DNA from: Carcharhinus amblyrhynchos
Taxonomy: Eukaryota
Assembly: GCA_965287045.1 (NCBI GenBank)
Contig: OZ336874.1
Coordinates: 90,024,001 to 90,088,000 of the forward strand
Length of the DNA stretch: 64,000 bases
Direction of reading: 5' to 3'
Position numbers and translations under genes: made by a program. How positions within the stretch are numbered: the stretch's first letter is position 1; every line of letters starts with the position of its first letter. Below, in pieces: positions 62,245 through 64,000 of this stretch. The notes under the pieces are model-generated. The model was given only the letters and a program-made list of their open reading frames with translations. It was not told the origin of the DNA and did no database searches.

Positions 62245-62558
62245 AAACTACTATATTCCTTGTACACTCATGACTGTGTGGCCAAATTCTGCTCCAATTC
62301 AATTTTCAAGTTAGCTGACGACACCACTGTAGTGGGTCGGATCTCAAACAATGACAAAACAGAGTACAGGAAAGAGATAGAGAATCTGGTGAAGTATGTG
62401 CACAATAATAATCTCTCCTGCAATGTCAGTGAAACAAAGGAGATAGACATTGACTTCAGGAAACATAGTGGAGGACATGCCGCTGTCCACATCAATGGAG
62501 ATGAAGTAGAAATGGTCGAGAGCTTCAGGTTTCTAGGTGTCCCGATCACCAACAACAA
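62245..62558 (+). mobile_element. Rex1/Babar RT fragment
   Basis: LLYSLYTHDCVAK..NSIFKLADDTTVVGRISNND.TEYRKEI..KEI.IDFRK..FRFLGV. Confidence 0.85.
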
Positions 62559-63775
62559 GTCATAAGAACATAAGAGCATAAGAACATAAGAAATAGGAGC
62601 AGGAGTAGGCCATCTAGCCCCTTGAGCCTGCCCCGCCATTCAATAAGATCATGGCTGATCTGTCGTGTCTCAGTTCCACATTCCCGCCCTCTCCCCATAA
62701 CCCTTAATCCCCTTGCCTATCAAAAACCTATCAACCCGCGTCTTAAAAATATTTAGCGAGGCAGCCTCCACCACTTCAACGGGCAGAGAATTCCAGAGAT
62801 TCACCACCCTTTGAGTGAAGAAGTTCCTCCTCAACTCCGTTCTAAACCGCACCCCCCCTTTATCTTGAGGCTGTGCCCTCTAGTCCTACTCTCCCTTCTG
62901 AGCAGGAAGAGCCTCTCCACCTCTATCCTATCCATCCCATTCATCAACTTATATGTCTCAATGAGATCTCCCCTCATTCTTCTAAACTCTAATGAGTACA
63001 AACCTAGTTTATTCAGCCTCTCCTCATAGTTCAACCTCCTCAACTCCGGTATCAGCCTAGTAAACCTCCTCTGCACTCCCTCCAAGGCCAAAATATCCTT
63101 GCGTAAGTGCGGCGACCAAAACTGCACACAGTACTCCAGCTGCGGCCTCACCAATGCCCTATACAGCTGCAGCAAGACCTCCCTACTTTTATATTCAATC
63201 CCCCTCGCTATGAAGGCCAGCATCCCATTCGCCTTCCTGACCACCTGCTGCACCTGTAGGCTGGGTTTTTGCGACTCATGCACAAGGACCCTAAGGTCCC
63301 TCTGCACCGTTGCATGGTGCAGTTTTTCGCCATGTAAGTAATAGTCCTGCCTACCATTATTCCTACAAAAGTGGACCACTTCACACTTGCCAACATTAAA
63401 TTTCATTTGCTAGTTCCTGGCCCATTCGCCCAGCCTATCTAGATCCTTCTGCAGACTCTCCACACCCTCCGCACAATTTGTCGTTCCCCCAATCTTGGTA
63501 TCATCAGCAAATTTTGACACCATACACTCGGTTCCCTCCTCCAGATCATCTATATAAATGGTAAATAGCTGAGGCCCCAGCACCGGCCCCTGGGGCACTC
63601 CACTAGCCACCAACCGCCAATCCGAATAGCACCCATTGACCCCCACTCTCTGCCTCCTATTTGACAACCAGTCCTCTATCCACGCTAACACCCTACCCCC
63701 AACTCCATACACCCTGACCTTCTGTAATAACCTCTTGTGAGGTACCTTGTCAAATGCCTCCTGAAAATCAAGAAA
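62559..63775 (-). mobile_element. Young 5'-truncated CR1 (same subfamily as 57842-59242)
   Basis: ORFs 63410-63778, 62831-63406 and 62670-62852; matching tail. Confidence 0.93.
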
Positions 63776-63785
63776 CAAGTCCTGG

Positions 63786-64000
63786 TTCTAAGTGTTGAAT
63801 TCATGTGAAAACTGGAGTAAATCACGCTTTTTTTTTCAGTGAGAGTTTCAAAATGAATGTCCCACATTCTGTACACTGCAGAGCGCACTAGTGTGATTCA
63901 CTCCAAAATGCCAGGGGTGGGACTTATTCCTGCTGGAAAGGCTGGCAGCATAGTGCTGAGCGGGCCACTGTGCATGCACTGATCTGTTAGTGCTGGAATC
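63786..64000. mobile_element. Non-autonomous DNA transposon fragment (family of 3046-4175)
   Basis: Homologous to 3070-3270. Confidence 0.65.

Overview
Eukaryotic, repeat-dense DNA, almost certainly from a shark or other cartilaginous fish. It carries HE1/V-SINE-type SINEs, HER1/CR1-clade LINEs, Rex1/Babar, L1-type, Penelope, Gypsy LTR and PIF/Harbinger elements. No host protein-coding gene can be called with confidence, so the window looks intronic or intergenic, with a few weak exon-like candidates. The centrepiece is a full-length 4.7-kb CR1 LINE (23200-27912, GACT target duplication) inserted into a SINE. It has intron-like structures in its 5' UTR, an ORF1 whose esterase catalytic motifs are replaced, an in-phase U_UUA_AAC slippery site at the ORF1/ORF2 junction with no in-frame AUG for ORF2 (candidate -1 ribosomal frameshift), and a 3' UTR that appears to end in a captured V-SINE. 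Also present are a fossil two-gene Harbinger transposon with an inverted duplication at its end, hammerhead-like Penelope termini, LF-SINE-like and DeuSINE-like relics, and many nested insertions. Family names come from motif recognition and recalled consensus sequences, not database searches. Most boundaries are approximate unless a TSD or TIR is cited.
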